DNA of 63,477 nucleotides, filler included, from Octopus bimaculoides (GCF_001194135.2; 5 parts of 5 records of this genome joined end to end with filler, not necessarily neighbours in it), one strand, 5' to 3'; positions 49,698-61,386 are shown, counted from the first letter of the whole stretch. Numbers and translations: made by a program. Notes: a model not told the origin generated them from the sequence alone.

Positions 49698-50029
49698 CAT
49701 ATTAAAACATTGTTTTAAAAATATTATCACAAATAAGTAAATGAATATATATAAAGCTAGGGGAACATTGCCTGGTTCAAGTTTACGAAGCGCTCAAAGA
49801 AAACAAGGTTGTTGATTTTATTTTATTTTCGTAAACATAAAGTATGAAGGACATCTAAGTTATTTTCTGGCGTTTGTGAGTTACTCGTGAACATCCATCG
49901 TAGAAAGTTGCAAAGTTTGTGTGGTGAGTTTATAGAACACCCATCCACCACACACACATTCGCAGAAATCACACACAAACATACTTACACACATATTAAT
50001 AGATGCTGGATCACCGTCGTTCGATAGGA

Positions 50030-50190
50030 GGATTCAGAAGTTTGATCAAATGAATTACCTGCTCCTGAATTAGCGTATAAGTAGTTGAGCAATCCACTGA
50101 CACATGTACCTTTAACGTAATTCTCAGGCAGAATCAGCTAGACCACAGTATGTGAGTGACAAGGCTGTACCTTTTGAATTACAGGTACAA
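50030..50190 (-). mobile_element. 3' fragment of SINE family C/D
   Basis: TTTAACGTAATTCTCAGG...GACAAGGCTG.ACCTTTTGAATTACAGGTAC. Confidence 0.5.
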
Positions 50191-50249
50191 TCTACCCGAC
50201 GGGTAGATTATATACATATATAGTTTCTGTATACATATATTCTGTATAC

Positions 50250-50715
50250 TCATACTTTCACCGGTCATTTTTATGCACTTCTTAAAATTTTCGAGCCACA
50301 CATTACTAACCAAAAAGGTCTTTTCATTAGGAATTTCACCTTCCTTTTTCTCTAAGTTTCATATAAACTTTTGGCTCTATTTTGAATTTCTATCGTGTTT
50401 ATCAACACATTACGCCGATTCTGATCTTCGATTTATAGAGTCAAGAGTCGTTCCATTTTAAGCTTATGGAAAAATAAGGTCCGGAGAGCTAACGGAGTAG
50501 CTTCTTGAGCACTGTATATAATTTTCTCTCTGTTGTCATGTTATGCTTCCACTGCAAGATTTGATATTATGGCAATATAATTTAATTTCACTTCCGCACC
50601 AAGTCTTTCTAAAAGGTCAAGTTTGATATCCCTTATAATCCCTTTATGGTTCCTTTTCGCACTACTGCCTCCTGGTCTACTTGATAGCTTCTTTGCCAAC
50701 TTCTTAAATTGCAGG
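50250..50715 (-). mobile_element. Tigger/pogo (CENP-B-like) transposase N-terminal fragment
   Basis: SSAKRNHKGIIRDIKLDLLERLG...NREKII...KMERLLTL*IEDQNRRNV...IQNRAKSLYE...EKTFLVSNVWLENFKK...KMTGES, covering psq-HTH and HTH_Tc5-like regions. Confidence 0.75.
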
Positions 50716-51264
50716 CAAGTCCAACAGTAGCAGCAATTGTCTACAACAAACATGTAGAAAAAAATTGGCTCAGAAAGATCTGTTTTGCGAAACCAGAAAA
50801 TTGTCTTCTTCCTATGGATACAATAATGAAAATGTGATGAAAAGATGAAGGACTGAGGAAGAGAAAGTATCATATGATTAGAGTAAGCTGAAGGGACACT
50901 AGCTCTTTTAGGTAATTCGCCCCTCGCACTTCTGACTTAAGACATAAATACAACAGTCAAACGCAATCACTCATACATACACAGACACACTCTCACACAC
51001 GTTCACACACACTCGTGCACACACATGTTGGTCTACATGCCGAAATCTGTTGTAGCCAGGTGGATTTAAAAATTAGTGGGTCGATAGTAGTGATGATAGA
51101 AACATACATATATATATACATGCATATACATTCATATATGTATATANNNNNNNNNNNNNNNNNNNNNNNNNNNNNNNNNNNNNNNNNNNNNNNNNNNNNN
51201 NNNNNNNNNNNNNNNNNNNNNNNNNNNNNNNNNNNNNNNNNNNNNNATGCATACACACTACGTT

Positions 51265-52025
51265 TTAACGTTCTATTTTACTTCCGGTGTTTACAGTAGG
51301 TTTTGGAAAGAACGTGTGTAGCGTGTGATCGTCGTATTGACCATGACAAAGTTTGCATGACGATGCCTACTCAGAAGCCTACACAAAGTTGCAAAAAGTG
51401 TATGGAGAGGAGTGTATGAGCCGCACACAAGTCTACGAGTGATTCAGACGTTCCAAGATGTCCGAGAAAATGTCGATATTCATGAACGTTCTGAGTGACC
51501 CGCAACCAGAAGAACTGAGAAAAACATCGCAGATGAGCGTGCAGCTGTAAGGGGAAATCGTCGAGTCACCATCCGTGTGTTATCAAAAGATATACAGATT
51601 AGTTTCAGTTCAGTCCATTATCACTGACGATTTGGGTATGAGACGCGTGTCTGCCAAGTTTGTGCCAAAACTACTTTCAGCTGACCAGGAAGACGTCTGG
51701 ATTTCAGTTGTACACGATCTACTTGATTTTGTCGAGAACGATGAAAACTTTTTGAAAATTTTGCGTAGGCCTCTGAGCAGGTATCGTCAAACATTTGGCA
51801 AACTTTGATGCAGATTCTCTGCTCAACTTTCTCTGTCATAGTCAATTTGACGATCACACGCTACACACGTTCCTTCCAAGCACTTCTGTAAACAGCGGAA
51901 GTGAGCTGGAATGTTAAAAACTCAGTGATCCTGCTCGGCAGAGTCCTCAGTCAATCTTTGCCAAGCAGTTTCACTTTGCATGCTTTTGCTTCGTTACTAT
52001 GGTAACCGTCCGGATACTTATTGAT
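51265..52025. mobile_element. Mariner derivative made of two inverted 5' ends (+ copy 51265-51765; - copy 51766-52025)
   Basis: The + copy encodes ...VQSIITDDLGMRRVSAKFVPKLLS...NDENFLK. The - copy encodes MTEKVEQRICIKVCQMFDDTCSEAYAK. Their 5' non-coding regions are reverse complements (GAACGTGTGTAGCGTGTGATCGTC). Confidence 0.8.
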
Positions 52026-52029
52026 CAGA

Positions 52030-52180
52030 CTTCATATTTATACAACGGGCTTCTTTAGGTTTCCTTCTACCACATCCACTCACAAGGCTTTGGTCGGCCC
52101 GAAGGTGTCACGCGGTGGAACTGAACCTGGAGCTATGTGGTTGAGAAGCAAGCTTCTTACCACACATCCATGCCTACGCC
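52030..52180 (-). mobile_element. SINE family B copy
   Basis: CCACTCACAAGGCTTTGGTCGGCCCG...CTATGTGGTTGAGAAGCAAGC. Confidence 0.7.
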
Positions 52181-52249
52181 TATTGCATAAATTAAACGAA
52201 AGTAAGTCAGAGTAGCGAGTGGCATGCATGTGAACAAGTATAACGAATA

Positions 52250-52793
52250 AATATTGAGAGGTAATATTTAACCCTACTTAAACGTGGATGTTCTGTCAGA
52301 ACAAACTACACTGCGGTAGATACTATGAGAGAAACTCTCATATTGGCGTTTGGTACAAGATGCCTGCTTGTTTATATCACGAACAGAAAGATAAATACTT
52401 ACCAGTTTCAGTGTCGTGACCATCAGGTCACGTGATTTTGATCTTCCTTGGTCTTCTCAATGATGGACGATCGACTGCTACATATACTTGCGGTTAATCT
52501 CGCCGCCAGCGATATATGGAATAACAATGCCAGAACAAGGACTGGTGTCGCGATTAACCAGTGGGCTTGTTTAAAATATTCATTAGCGACAGAGGCAGTA
52601 TTAATACCGAGAGGTAAAACTTATCCCCACTTAAACGAGGCTGTTCTGTTAGAACAAAATATACTGCGGTAAATATCTTGAGAGAAACTCTCATATTGGC
52701 TTTTCCTGCAAAATGCACTCTTGTTTATATCACTAGCAGGAACATAAATGTCCGCCACCTTCAACGCGAAGAGCACCAGATCACGTGTTTCAA
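52250..52793. repeat. Direct duplication of ~190 bp (52250-52440 and 52603-52793)
   Basis: Shared blocks GAGAGGTAA, CTTAAACG, TGTTCTGT.AGAACAAA, CTGCGGTA, GAGAGAAACTCTCATATTGGC, CTTGTTTATATCAC and TCACGTG. Confidence 0.85.
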
Positions 52794-54631
52794 ATAAATA
52801 ACTATACATCATTAAAATCTTTTTTCATTGAAGTTATCACTATTCCAGAAAAGTTAAAATAATCAAATTGTGGTGAAAAGGGGAAATAGTCTTAAGGATA
52901 AATCTTTCTCCAAAACTGATATAACATTAAGAAGAAATAAAATCTGATTGTCTGAAGACAAAATATCAGCTGTTCACACGAGTGTCATGTTTCTATTTCA
53001 ATAGGTACCATCAATATTTTTTTCTATTTTGTATATATATCATGTCTGCAGAAGACAAAGCAGGACAACTGCTATGCTGATAACGCCTATTGAGAGAGAA
53101 ACAGGAATCTACAGTGGTCATCTTGTCTCCAGTCGTTCAGGCTATCTTTTCCTTAATGGCATTTCAGTTTTAAAGAGCTTGATTGTTGAGATGATCTTCC
53201 ATTCTCATTTGGATTTGAATGTAGCTACCACCAAGGCGATCATAATACATCTTCTGGAAGAGAAAGTATTATTTTGAAATCAAGAATTTCTTATTTATTT
53301 ATTTATTTCGTGAATAAATGGGTTGAGAGAGCCTTGCTGTTCACAATGTTAATTAGAACGGCGTGTCTGGGCAAGTTTCTGCTCTTAAAACGATTTTATC
53401 GTTATGTGTAAGGTCTGTGAGCATTGTGGTTGGAGAATGTTAGCAGGAGAAGGGAATTAGTTGGGGTGGCCTTATCAGGGACAAGCTTTTATTGCTGTAG
53501 TTTAAAGTCCTGATACAGCCTATGATTAAAGGCTTTGTGCGTGTGAGAGTGTGAGTGTGCGCGTAACGAAAACGTTAAGGTTTTTCGGTCATAAATTTTT
53601 TTATTTAATTAAATGAAGCTCTTTATAAACACACATCAAAATAACGTGCTAACCTTTGCATCAAAGCAGCCAGGCATATCTTCACTCAAATTAGTTTCCA
53701 CAAAGTGTCAGTTGCCAACTACATTGTTTATATTTCTTTCGGTTGCCACTCAAGGTTTCTGATATTTCATAGCATTTACCCTAGGCTGTATAAACTTGTC
53801 TTAAGGTCATTTCATGTTTATTTTTCATTCATCACTTCACTTTGATTTCACGGCTGAAATTCTCAAAGTTATTATGGGTTTTGAAAATAATGAATAAAAC
53901 ATGGAATGATATTTATACAGCATTATATAGCCTAAAGTTAAATGCTAAGAAATGTCGAAGACCTTGTGTATTAAGCAAGAAAAATATAATTGATGTAGGA
54001 GGTCATTGAGACATTATGGGTATTAACTTGAGCAGAGAAGAAGTGCCCGGTCGCTTTGTTCCAAAGGTTTATCATGGTCATCGTCTGGATTACGAGAGAT
54101 ACGGGTTTCGAATCTCATGAGTGGTTACGTGCATGTTCTTTCTAATATGTTCATGACCCATGGTAGGGCCAAACAGTTAGAATTGAAATCTGCTTTGCCT
54201 CCTACACCAAACTTACACCGAAGAAGGGAAAAGAGTGAATGATGATCCAGCAGAGAAGTTAACACCTTTTTTCTGCTTATCAATGTTGATGGAGGATAGA
54301 AGAAGCTTAACAATTGCAATCCTTTCGTGGTCATCTAGTTTATAGAATCATAATGAACAGTCCCGATTGACACAGTTCTGGTTGGCAAGATGATATTTTA
54401 AGTCTGCTACCACTTCTGCTGCCATAATTCGATAGTTTTAAGACAATACGTTTTCCTATTCTGCTAGGCCTTTAACAAAAGTGAAAGTACATGGTTATAC
54501 GAGCCTGAGCGATTCACAGATCATGTACGGTACGCTACACAAGTCCATCTGACAGTTCTATATTTAAGAGATGAGGAATTATGTATATTAATTACATTTG
54601 ACGGATATTTGTCCTCATCTTGCTTGTTGTT

Positions 54632-54677
54632 AACACAACGTTTCGGCTGATATACCTTTCAGACTTCATCAGGTATC
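54632..54677 (-). ncRNA. Minimal type I hammerhead ribozyme motif, intact catalytic core
   Basis: Minus strand reads GAUAC-CUGAUGA-AGUCUG-AAAGGUAUAU-CAGCC-GAAAC-GUU-GUGUU. Stem I pairs with wobbles; stem II has one mismatch. Confidence 0.65.
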
Positions 54678-54694
54678 TTGAGGAAGTTCCTCAA

Positions 54695-54740
54695 AACACC
54701 CGATGAAGGCTGGAAGGTATATCAGCCGAAACGTTATGTT
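54695..54740 (+). ncRNA. Hammerhead motif, U4C core mutant (probably inactive)
   Basis: AACAC-CCGAUGA-AGGCUG-GAAGGUAUAU-CAGCC-GAAAC-GUU-AUGUU; stem II is perfect but the core CUGA has become CCGA. Confidence 0.5.
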
Positions 54741-55090
54741 AACAAAAAACAAGATGAGGACAAATATCCGTCAAATGTAAATAATGTAAATAATGTAAGT
54801 CCATCTGAAAACTGCAAATTTCCAAGCATGAAATTTGAAGTGATGACGTATAACTCCTATATGTATTCACATAAATACATAGGTGAAAATAAGACTATAC
54901 GCACGCATAAGTCAACAAAACAAAATTCATATCAACGCGGTAGGTGCTTCTCCTATAAGCAATGCGTAAACTAATTTATATATATATATANNNNNNNNNN
55001 NNNNNNNNNNNNNNNNNNNNNNNNNNNNNNNNNNTTAATTAATTAANNNNNNNNNNNNNNNNNNNNNNNNNNNNNNNNNNNNNNNNNNNN

Positions 55091-55158
<68 letters not shown>

Positions 55159-55387
55159 GCTAGACATTTGCTGATTGAAAGAGATGGAAAGAAGGCTAAT
55201 AGGCGCGGGCGTGACCGTATGGGCGTGACCGTAAGGATATATATACATTTATAAATTTTTTCTCCTCGGTTAAAAAAGACTCATAACGTGTATCTTGCAT
55301 GAAACTCTCATCCTTAGATTTACTTTTCTAACTACCGATTAGAAGTATTAAAAACATTTATACATACAAACTTTCCCCAACACACAT

Positions 55388-55423
<36 letters not shown>

Positions 55424-55424
55424 G

Positions 55425-55469
<45 letters not shown>

Positions 55470-55964
55470 GGAATCGTTAAAGACTAATCTGTGTATGGAA
55501 TCCAGGGATATCTAAAGACAAAATTTATACGACTGCAAACACATATACTTAGCATATATGTACTGAGAAATGATGAAACCATAAAATATTCACAGACCAG
55601 ATTTAGGCTCAATTCGACAAGCGGTGCTAGTTTCTCTACGTCCCCATAACTAGCGGTTCGGCAAAAGAGAAAAAAGTATACGTACTAGGCTTTTAAAAAA
55701 TAAGTGCTGGGGTCAGTTTATTTGATTAAAAATTATTCAAGGTTGTCCTCCAATATGGCACAGTATGGCAGTCTAATGACTGAAACAAAGATACGATAGA
55801 AGATAAAGGACAACTGGAAGCATAACTAGAAGGTAAAAAGAGACCTGGAAAACCGAAAGTACTTGGAGTAAATATATAAATGAATTATTAAATAAAAAGG
55901 AGAATCCAGGTGAAATCTGCTGTGTATATATACATATATCTATATATACATGAATATGGAAATC

Positions 55965-56227
55965 TCCTACCAGCTTCCAACATTATAAGGGCTTTGCAGA
56001 ACATTGCAGGCGAGTTAAACAAGAGCTGTCTAGTGACCTACAACTACAGATGCTAAAGCACGTAGATACTCCAGCTGGTCGTCCGAATACAACATATGTT
56101 GATCGACTCGGCATTGACACTAGATTCCTCCCTGAAGACCACTTTCATCGAGTGCAGGATCGAGACGGATGGCGTGTGCAGGCTAAAAATGTCCGATCAA
56201 GCTTGACCAGATCATGATGGTGATGTA
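55965..56227 (+). mobile_element. RTE-X-like LINE 3' end
   Basis: GFAEHCRRVKQELSSDLQL...AGRPNTTYVDRLGIDT...QDRDGWR...VRSS* followed by a (TGA/TGG)n tail; matches the RTE-X C-terminal pattern (FAGHC.R...GRP..TY.D.L..DTG). Confidence 0.65.
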
Positions 56228-57198
56228 TACGTGCTGACACACACACTCAATTGTGTGTGTGTGTGTGTGTATTTGTGCGGTTCAGATGTACAAAAATGCA
56301 AAAACAAAATAATCCAGATGACCGAGGTAGATGAGGAGACAACAAACAAGTTAACGTTTCGAGCGTACGCTATTCGACAGAGAGAAATGAAGAAAACCGA
56401 GAGAGAGAAAAAACGTGTTTGGNNNNNNNNNNNNNNNNNNNNNNNNNNNNNNNNNNNNNNNNNNNNNNNNNNNNNNNNNNNNNNNNNNNNNNNNNNNNNN
56501 NNNNNNNNNNNNNNNNNNNNNNNNNNNNNNNNNNNNNNNNNNNNNNNNNNNNNNNNNNNNNNNNNNAAAATTAGCTAAGAGAAATAGAAATAACTGAGAG
56601 TGGGAAGTGACATGTATTTGAACAACACAGACAAATACAGAAATATCAAAAACCATCGACATAAATTCTTGATTTATTAAATTTATCTCTGCCTTCGGAG
56701 AATGTACCATAATGGCAATTAAGACCACCAGCAATTGAGAAGGGGAGATAATCTCAAGAATCAATGCCAGTAAAATTGGCTTCCCATTAAGGTAAAAGAG
56801 GTAGGAGAACCGTCACGGCACATGATTCTGACTTAATTGCCGACACGACATTTTTCTAACGATGTTTCCAGTAGTCAGGGAACTTAAACTCATACAAAAA
56901 AGAGTAGCAAACGTGTAGTTTAGGTAATTTGCATAATGTAAAAATAAAAATGAGCTAGAAATAATTTAGAGTGGCGAGTAGTATGCTTTTGAGCAACAAA
57001 TATATTTGTTTATATGCCTAAAACTAGATAAAAAGCTCGGCTAGTAAACCATAAAATTCGCTGCAAACATTTTAAGATGGAAAAGTTCATATTGTATANN
57101 NNNNNNNNNNNNNNNNNNNNNNNNNNNNNNNNNNNNNNNNNNTTAATTAATTAANNNNNNNNNNNNNNNNNNNNNNNNNNNNNNNNNNNNNNNNNNNN

Positions 57199-58146
57199 GG
57201 GGCTTCTTCCAGTTTCCGTCCACCAAATCCACTCACAAGTCTTTGGTCGACCCGAGGCTATAATAGAAGACACTTTCCGAAGACGTGACGCAGTGGGACG
57301 GAACCCGGAACCATGTGGTAGGTAAGCAAGCTATTTACCACATAGCCACTCCTACACCTATATATACATATATACGATAGGCTTCTTTCAGTTTCCGTTC
57401 ACCAAATCCACTCACAAGGCTTCGGTCGGCCCATGGCTATAGTAGAAGACACTTGCTCAAGGTGCCACGCAGTGGGACTGAACCCAAAACCATGTGGTTG
57501 GTAAGCAAGCTACGTAACACAGAGCCACTCCTACACCTATACATATATATAGTAGGGGCTTCTATCAGTTTCCGTCTACCGAATCCACTCACAAGGCTTT
57601 TTTTCTGAAAGTTATGACCTTGCAAAGTCAGTGGGGTACAAAATTATATTTTTCAATTCAAAAACATAATTCACTCTCTCAGGGGAATTAACTCTTCCCA
57701 TGACTTTTAAATAACAAGCGTTTAAGTATTAACTCCGTTTGAAAACCCTGCAGATAATGGAAGAATTGTACCCCACCGACTTTGGAAGGTCATAACTTTG
57801 AGAAAAATGAATATTTTTTAATGAAATTTTCTATACAGATATTATTTATTATGGAGATTCTGTGAAATGCAAATATTATTTATTATGGAGATTCGGTGAA
57901 AATCTTTTGGAATGGGAGTAGGGGGACAATAAAGACGGCTATAGTAGAAGACACCTGCCCAAGGTGCCACACAGTGGGACTGAACCCGGAATCATGTGGT
58001 TCGTAAGCAAGCTACTTAACACACAGCCACTCCTACACTTATATATATGTATATAGGAGGGGCTTCTTTCAGTTTCCGTCTACCAAATCCACTCACAAGG
58101 CTTTGGTCGGCCCGAGACTATAGTAGAAGACACTTGCACAAAGTGC
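57199..58146 (-). mobile_element. Head-to-tail cluster of four SINE family B 5' halves separated by (TA)n
   Basis: A ~160-bp unit GGCTTC...CAGTTTCCG...CCACTCACAAGGC...CCATGTGG..GGTAAGCAAGCT...GCCACTCCTACAC occurs at 57199, 57375, 57553 (interrupted) and 58056. Confidence 0.8.
57600..57936. mobile_element. DNA-transposon-like fragment with a 41-bp internal inverted repeat, inserted into a SINE
   Basis: 57600-57640 versus reverse complement of 57767-57807 shows 3 mismatches. The SINE sequence stops at ...CAAGGCTTT and resumes at GGCTATAGTAGAAGACAC (57937). Confidence 0.55.
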
Positions 58147-58549
58147 CAGAAACAGGGAGAAAGTTGTGGTGAAAGAGTACAGCAGGGTTCGCCACCAACC
58201 CCTGCCGGAGCCTCGTGGAGCATTAGCGGTTTTCGCTCAATAAACACACACAACGCCCCGGTCTGGGAATTGAAAACCGCGATCCTATGACCGCGAGTCC
58301 GCTGCCCTAACCACTAGGCCATTGTGCCCCCACAAACCCAACTTGAAACCATAATCAACACTCACAATAAACCTTCATCTTCAATACTGATCCTGTTTAA
58401 TCTCTGCCCTCTCCCCATCACCGCAAAACCTAACCCCTAGTTCAAACTTTGATCTCTTACCTAACTAATCTCTCTAAAAACATTTCACGAATCCCCAAGC
58501 TAACCCTAATAGGGTCTAAATTCTGAACCCCAATCTATCCTAATATGAA

Positions 58550-59010
58550 ACCCTACACAAGTTTGAGTGAGGCCGTTGCCAGTACCGCCTGGTTGGCCTT
58601 CGTGGGATTTTCGAGCGAGATCGTTGCCAGTGCCCCTGGACTGGTTCTTGTGCGGGTGGCACATGAAATACACCATTTCGAGAGTGACCGTTGCCAGTAC
58701 TGCCTCACTGGCCTTCGTGCGGGTGACACGTAAAAGCACCCACCACCCTCTCTGAGTGGTTGGCGTTAGGAAGGGCATCTAGCTGTAGAAACTCTGCCAA
58801 ATCAGACTGGAGCCTGGTGTAGCCATCTGGTTTCACCAGTCCTCAGTCAAAATGTCCAACAAAGCACCCACTACACTCTCGGAGCGTTAGGAAGGGCATC
58901 CAGCTGTAGAAACCCAGCCAGATCAGATTGGAGTCTGGTGCAGCCATCAGTCAAATCGTCCAACCCATGCTAGCATGGAAAGCGGACGTTAAACGACGAT
59001 GATGATGATT
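58550..59010 (+). mobile_element. LINE 3'UTR (RTE-like) with internal GTTGCCAGT..C..CTGG repeats and a (GAT)n tail
   Basis: Internal ~45-bp repeats, a duplicated GTTAGGAAGGGCATC.AGCTGTAGAAAC block, and the ending GGACGTTAAACGACGATGATGATGAT. No coding evidence for the clade. Confidence 0.5.
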
Positions 59011-60369
59011 ATAATAGGCAGTGAAGAGAAGCCGTCATAAGAAAACTTTTAACTACCTCTATTCCTTTCTACCCCTCTCTCTATCTCTTCCTCTCTCACC
59101 CTCTCAAACACATACACGTGAAAATAAACACAGAACCATGTGGTTGGTAAGCAAGCTCTATGTGTATATATATATATATATATATATNNNNNNNNNNNNN
59201 NNNNNNNNNNNNNNNNNNNNNNNNNNNNNNNNNNNNNNNNNNNNNNNNNNNNNNNNNNNNNNNNNNNNNNNNNNNNNNNNNNNNNNNNNNNNNNNNNNNN
59301 NNNNNNNNNNNNNNNNNNNNNNNNNNNNNNNNNNNNNNNNNNNNNNNNNNNNNNNNNNNNNNNNNNNNNNNNNNNNNNNNNNNNNNNNNNNNNNNNNNNN
59401 NNNNNNNNNNNNNNNNNNNNNNNNNNNNNNNNNNNNNNNNNNNNNNNNNNNNNNNNNNNNNNNNNNNNNNNNNNNNNNNNNNNNNNNNNNNNNNNNNNNN
59501 NNNNNNNNNNNNNNNNNNNNNNNNNNNNNNNNNNNNNNNNNNNNNNNNNNNNNNNNNNNNNNNNNNNNNNNNNNNNNNNNNNNNNNNNNNNNNNNNNNNN
59601 NNNNNNNNNNNNNNNNNNNNNNNNNNNNNNNNNNNNNNNNNNNNNNNNNNNNNNNNNNNNNNNNNNNNNNNNNNNNNNNNNNNNNNNNNNNNNNNNNNNN
59701 NNNNNNNNNNNNNNNNNNNNNNNNNNNNNNNNNNNNNNNNNNNNNNNNNNNNNNNNNNNNNNNNNNNNNNNNNNNNNNNNNNNNNNNNNNNNNNNNNNNN
59801 NNNNNNNNNNNNNNNNNNNNNNNNNNNNNNNNNNNNNNNNNNNNNNNNNNNNNNNNNNTATAAGATGGGCTTCTTTCAGTTTCCGTCTACCAAATCCACT
59901 CACAAGGCTTTGGTCGGCCCGAGACTATAGTAGAAGACACTTGCCCAAAGTGCCAGAAACAGGGAGAAAGTTGTGGTGAAAGAGTACAGCAGGGTTCGCC
60001 ACCATCCTCTGCCGGAGCCTCGTGGAGCATTAGCGGTTTTCGCTCAATAAACACTCGAAACGCCCCGGTCTGGGAATCGAAAACCGCGATTCTATGACCG
60101 CGAGTCCACTGCCCTAACCACTGGGCCATTGTGCCCCCACAAACCTCACATTAAACCATAATCAACACTCACAATAAACCTTCATCTTCAATACTGATCC
60201 TGTTTAATCATTGCCCTCTCCGTCACCGCAAAGCCTAACCCCTAGTTCAAGCTTTAATGTCTTACCTAACTAATCTCTCTAAAAACCTCTCACGAATCCC
60301 CAAGCTAACCCCTAATATGGTCTAAATTCTGAACCCCAATCAATCCTAATAAGGAACTCTACACCAGTT

Positions 60370-60650
60370 TGAGTTAGGCCGTTGCCAGTACCGCCTGACT
60401 GGCCTTCGTAGGATTTTTGAGCGAGATCGTTGCCAGTGCCCCTTGATTGGCTTTTGTGCAGGTGGCACATAAACCACACCATTTTGAGCGTAGACGTTTC
60501 TAGCTCCTTCTGACTGGCCTTCGTTGCGTGACACGTAAAAGCAACCACTATACTCTCTGAGTGGTTGGCGTTAGGAAGGCCATCCAGCTGTAGAAACCCT
60601 GCCACATCAGATTGGAGCCTGGTGTAGCCATCTGGTTTCATCAGTCCTCA
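60370..60650 (+). mobile_element. Second copy of the RTE-like 3'UTR (part of a duplicated unit; truncated by a gap)
   Basis: Homologous to 58550-58850. Confidence 0.5.
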
Positions 60651-61314
60651 NNNNNNNNNNNNNNNNNNNNNNNNNNNNNNNNNNNNNNNNNNNNTTAATT
60701 AATTAANNNNNNNNNNNNNNNNNNNNNNNNNNNNNNNNNNNNNNNNNNNNATATATTATATAAACATATAACTGATATGCGTGTGTATTAATTCATATAT
60801 ACATATACTCTCATTTGGCAGTGAAATGTATTTGCTGTGAGTCGTTCAGAAGAACAATATCAGACAGACATAAGAATCAAATAGAGAAATAGAAATAAAC
60901 AACTAATAATTTTTTTCGATATGTACATCTGTCAAAAGATAAATATAAGGTCTTAGTGGCGTAGTTGGTTTCCTTGCGGACAGATTAATGATTGTCTCTA
61001 TGAGAAAATTTGTTTTGTAGAACAATATGTCTGAATAAAAATGACTTCTGTCACAAAAGATTGGCTCAATAATACATTATGCAATACTTTTACGGAAAGA
61101 CTGAAATGGTATTTCAAACCGTGGATTAAGACCTGCTGAGACATGACATTTCTTTCTTTATTTCTTTCTTTCTCACTCTCCCTCTCTAAACATCATAGAG
61201 AACACACACATTCATGAATACAAATACATAATACGAATACGAATACAGAAGCAACCGCATGAAGGGATCAAGTATACGTATTTGCACAAGTATGTGTTTG
61301 TTCGTGTGTCTGAG

Positions 61315-61386
<72 letters not shown>

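Larger units (their letters stand above)
54552..54798. repeat. Head-to-head dimer of the 3' part of the 26.5-kb element; 94-bp arms with a 1-nt spacer (54592-54780)
   Basis: 54592-54685 is the reverse complement of 54687-54780, with 8 mismatches by hand alignment. Confidence 0.9.
58060..60650. repeat. Direct duplication of a ~790-bp chimeric unit (58060-58850 and 59868-60650)
   Basis: Both copies have the same order and junctions: SINE B piece, SINE C head, CTAACCC-rich segment, RTE-like 3'UTR. Confidence 0.9.

Noticed and set aside
53650-53830. Possible Tc1 C-terminal remnant on the minus strand
   Set aside because: Similarity is too weak and needs several frameshifts; no catalytic motif or TIR was found.
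54217-54334. Minus-strand segment DDHERIAIVKLLLSSINID with a downstream GTAAGT, faintly ankyrin-like
   Set aside because: Only the IVKLLL word matches; the TPLH/A..G ankyrin consensus is missing and there is an in-frame stop just upstream.
56575-56810. Hydrophobic, TM-like minus-strand ORF (56351-56764)
   Set aside because: T-rich strand bias yields hydrophobic stop-free frames, part of the ORF is N gap, and there is no family motif.
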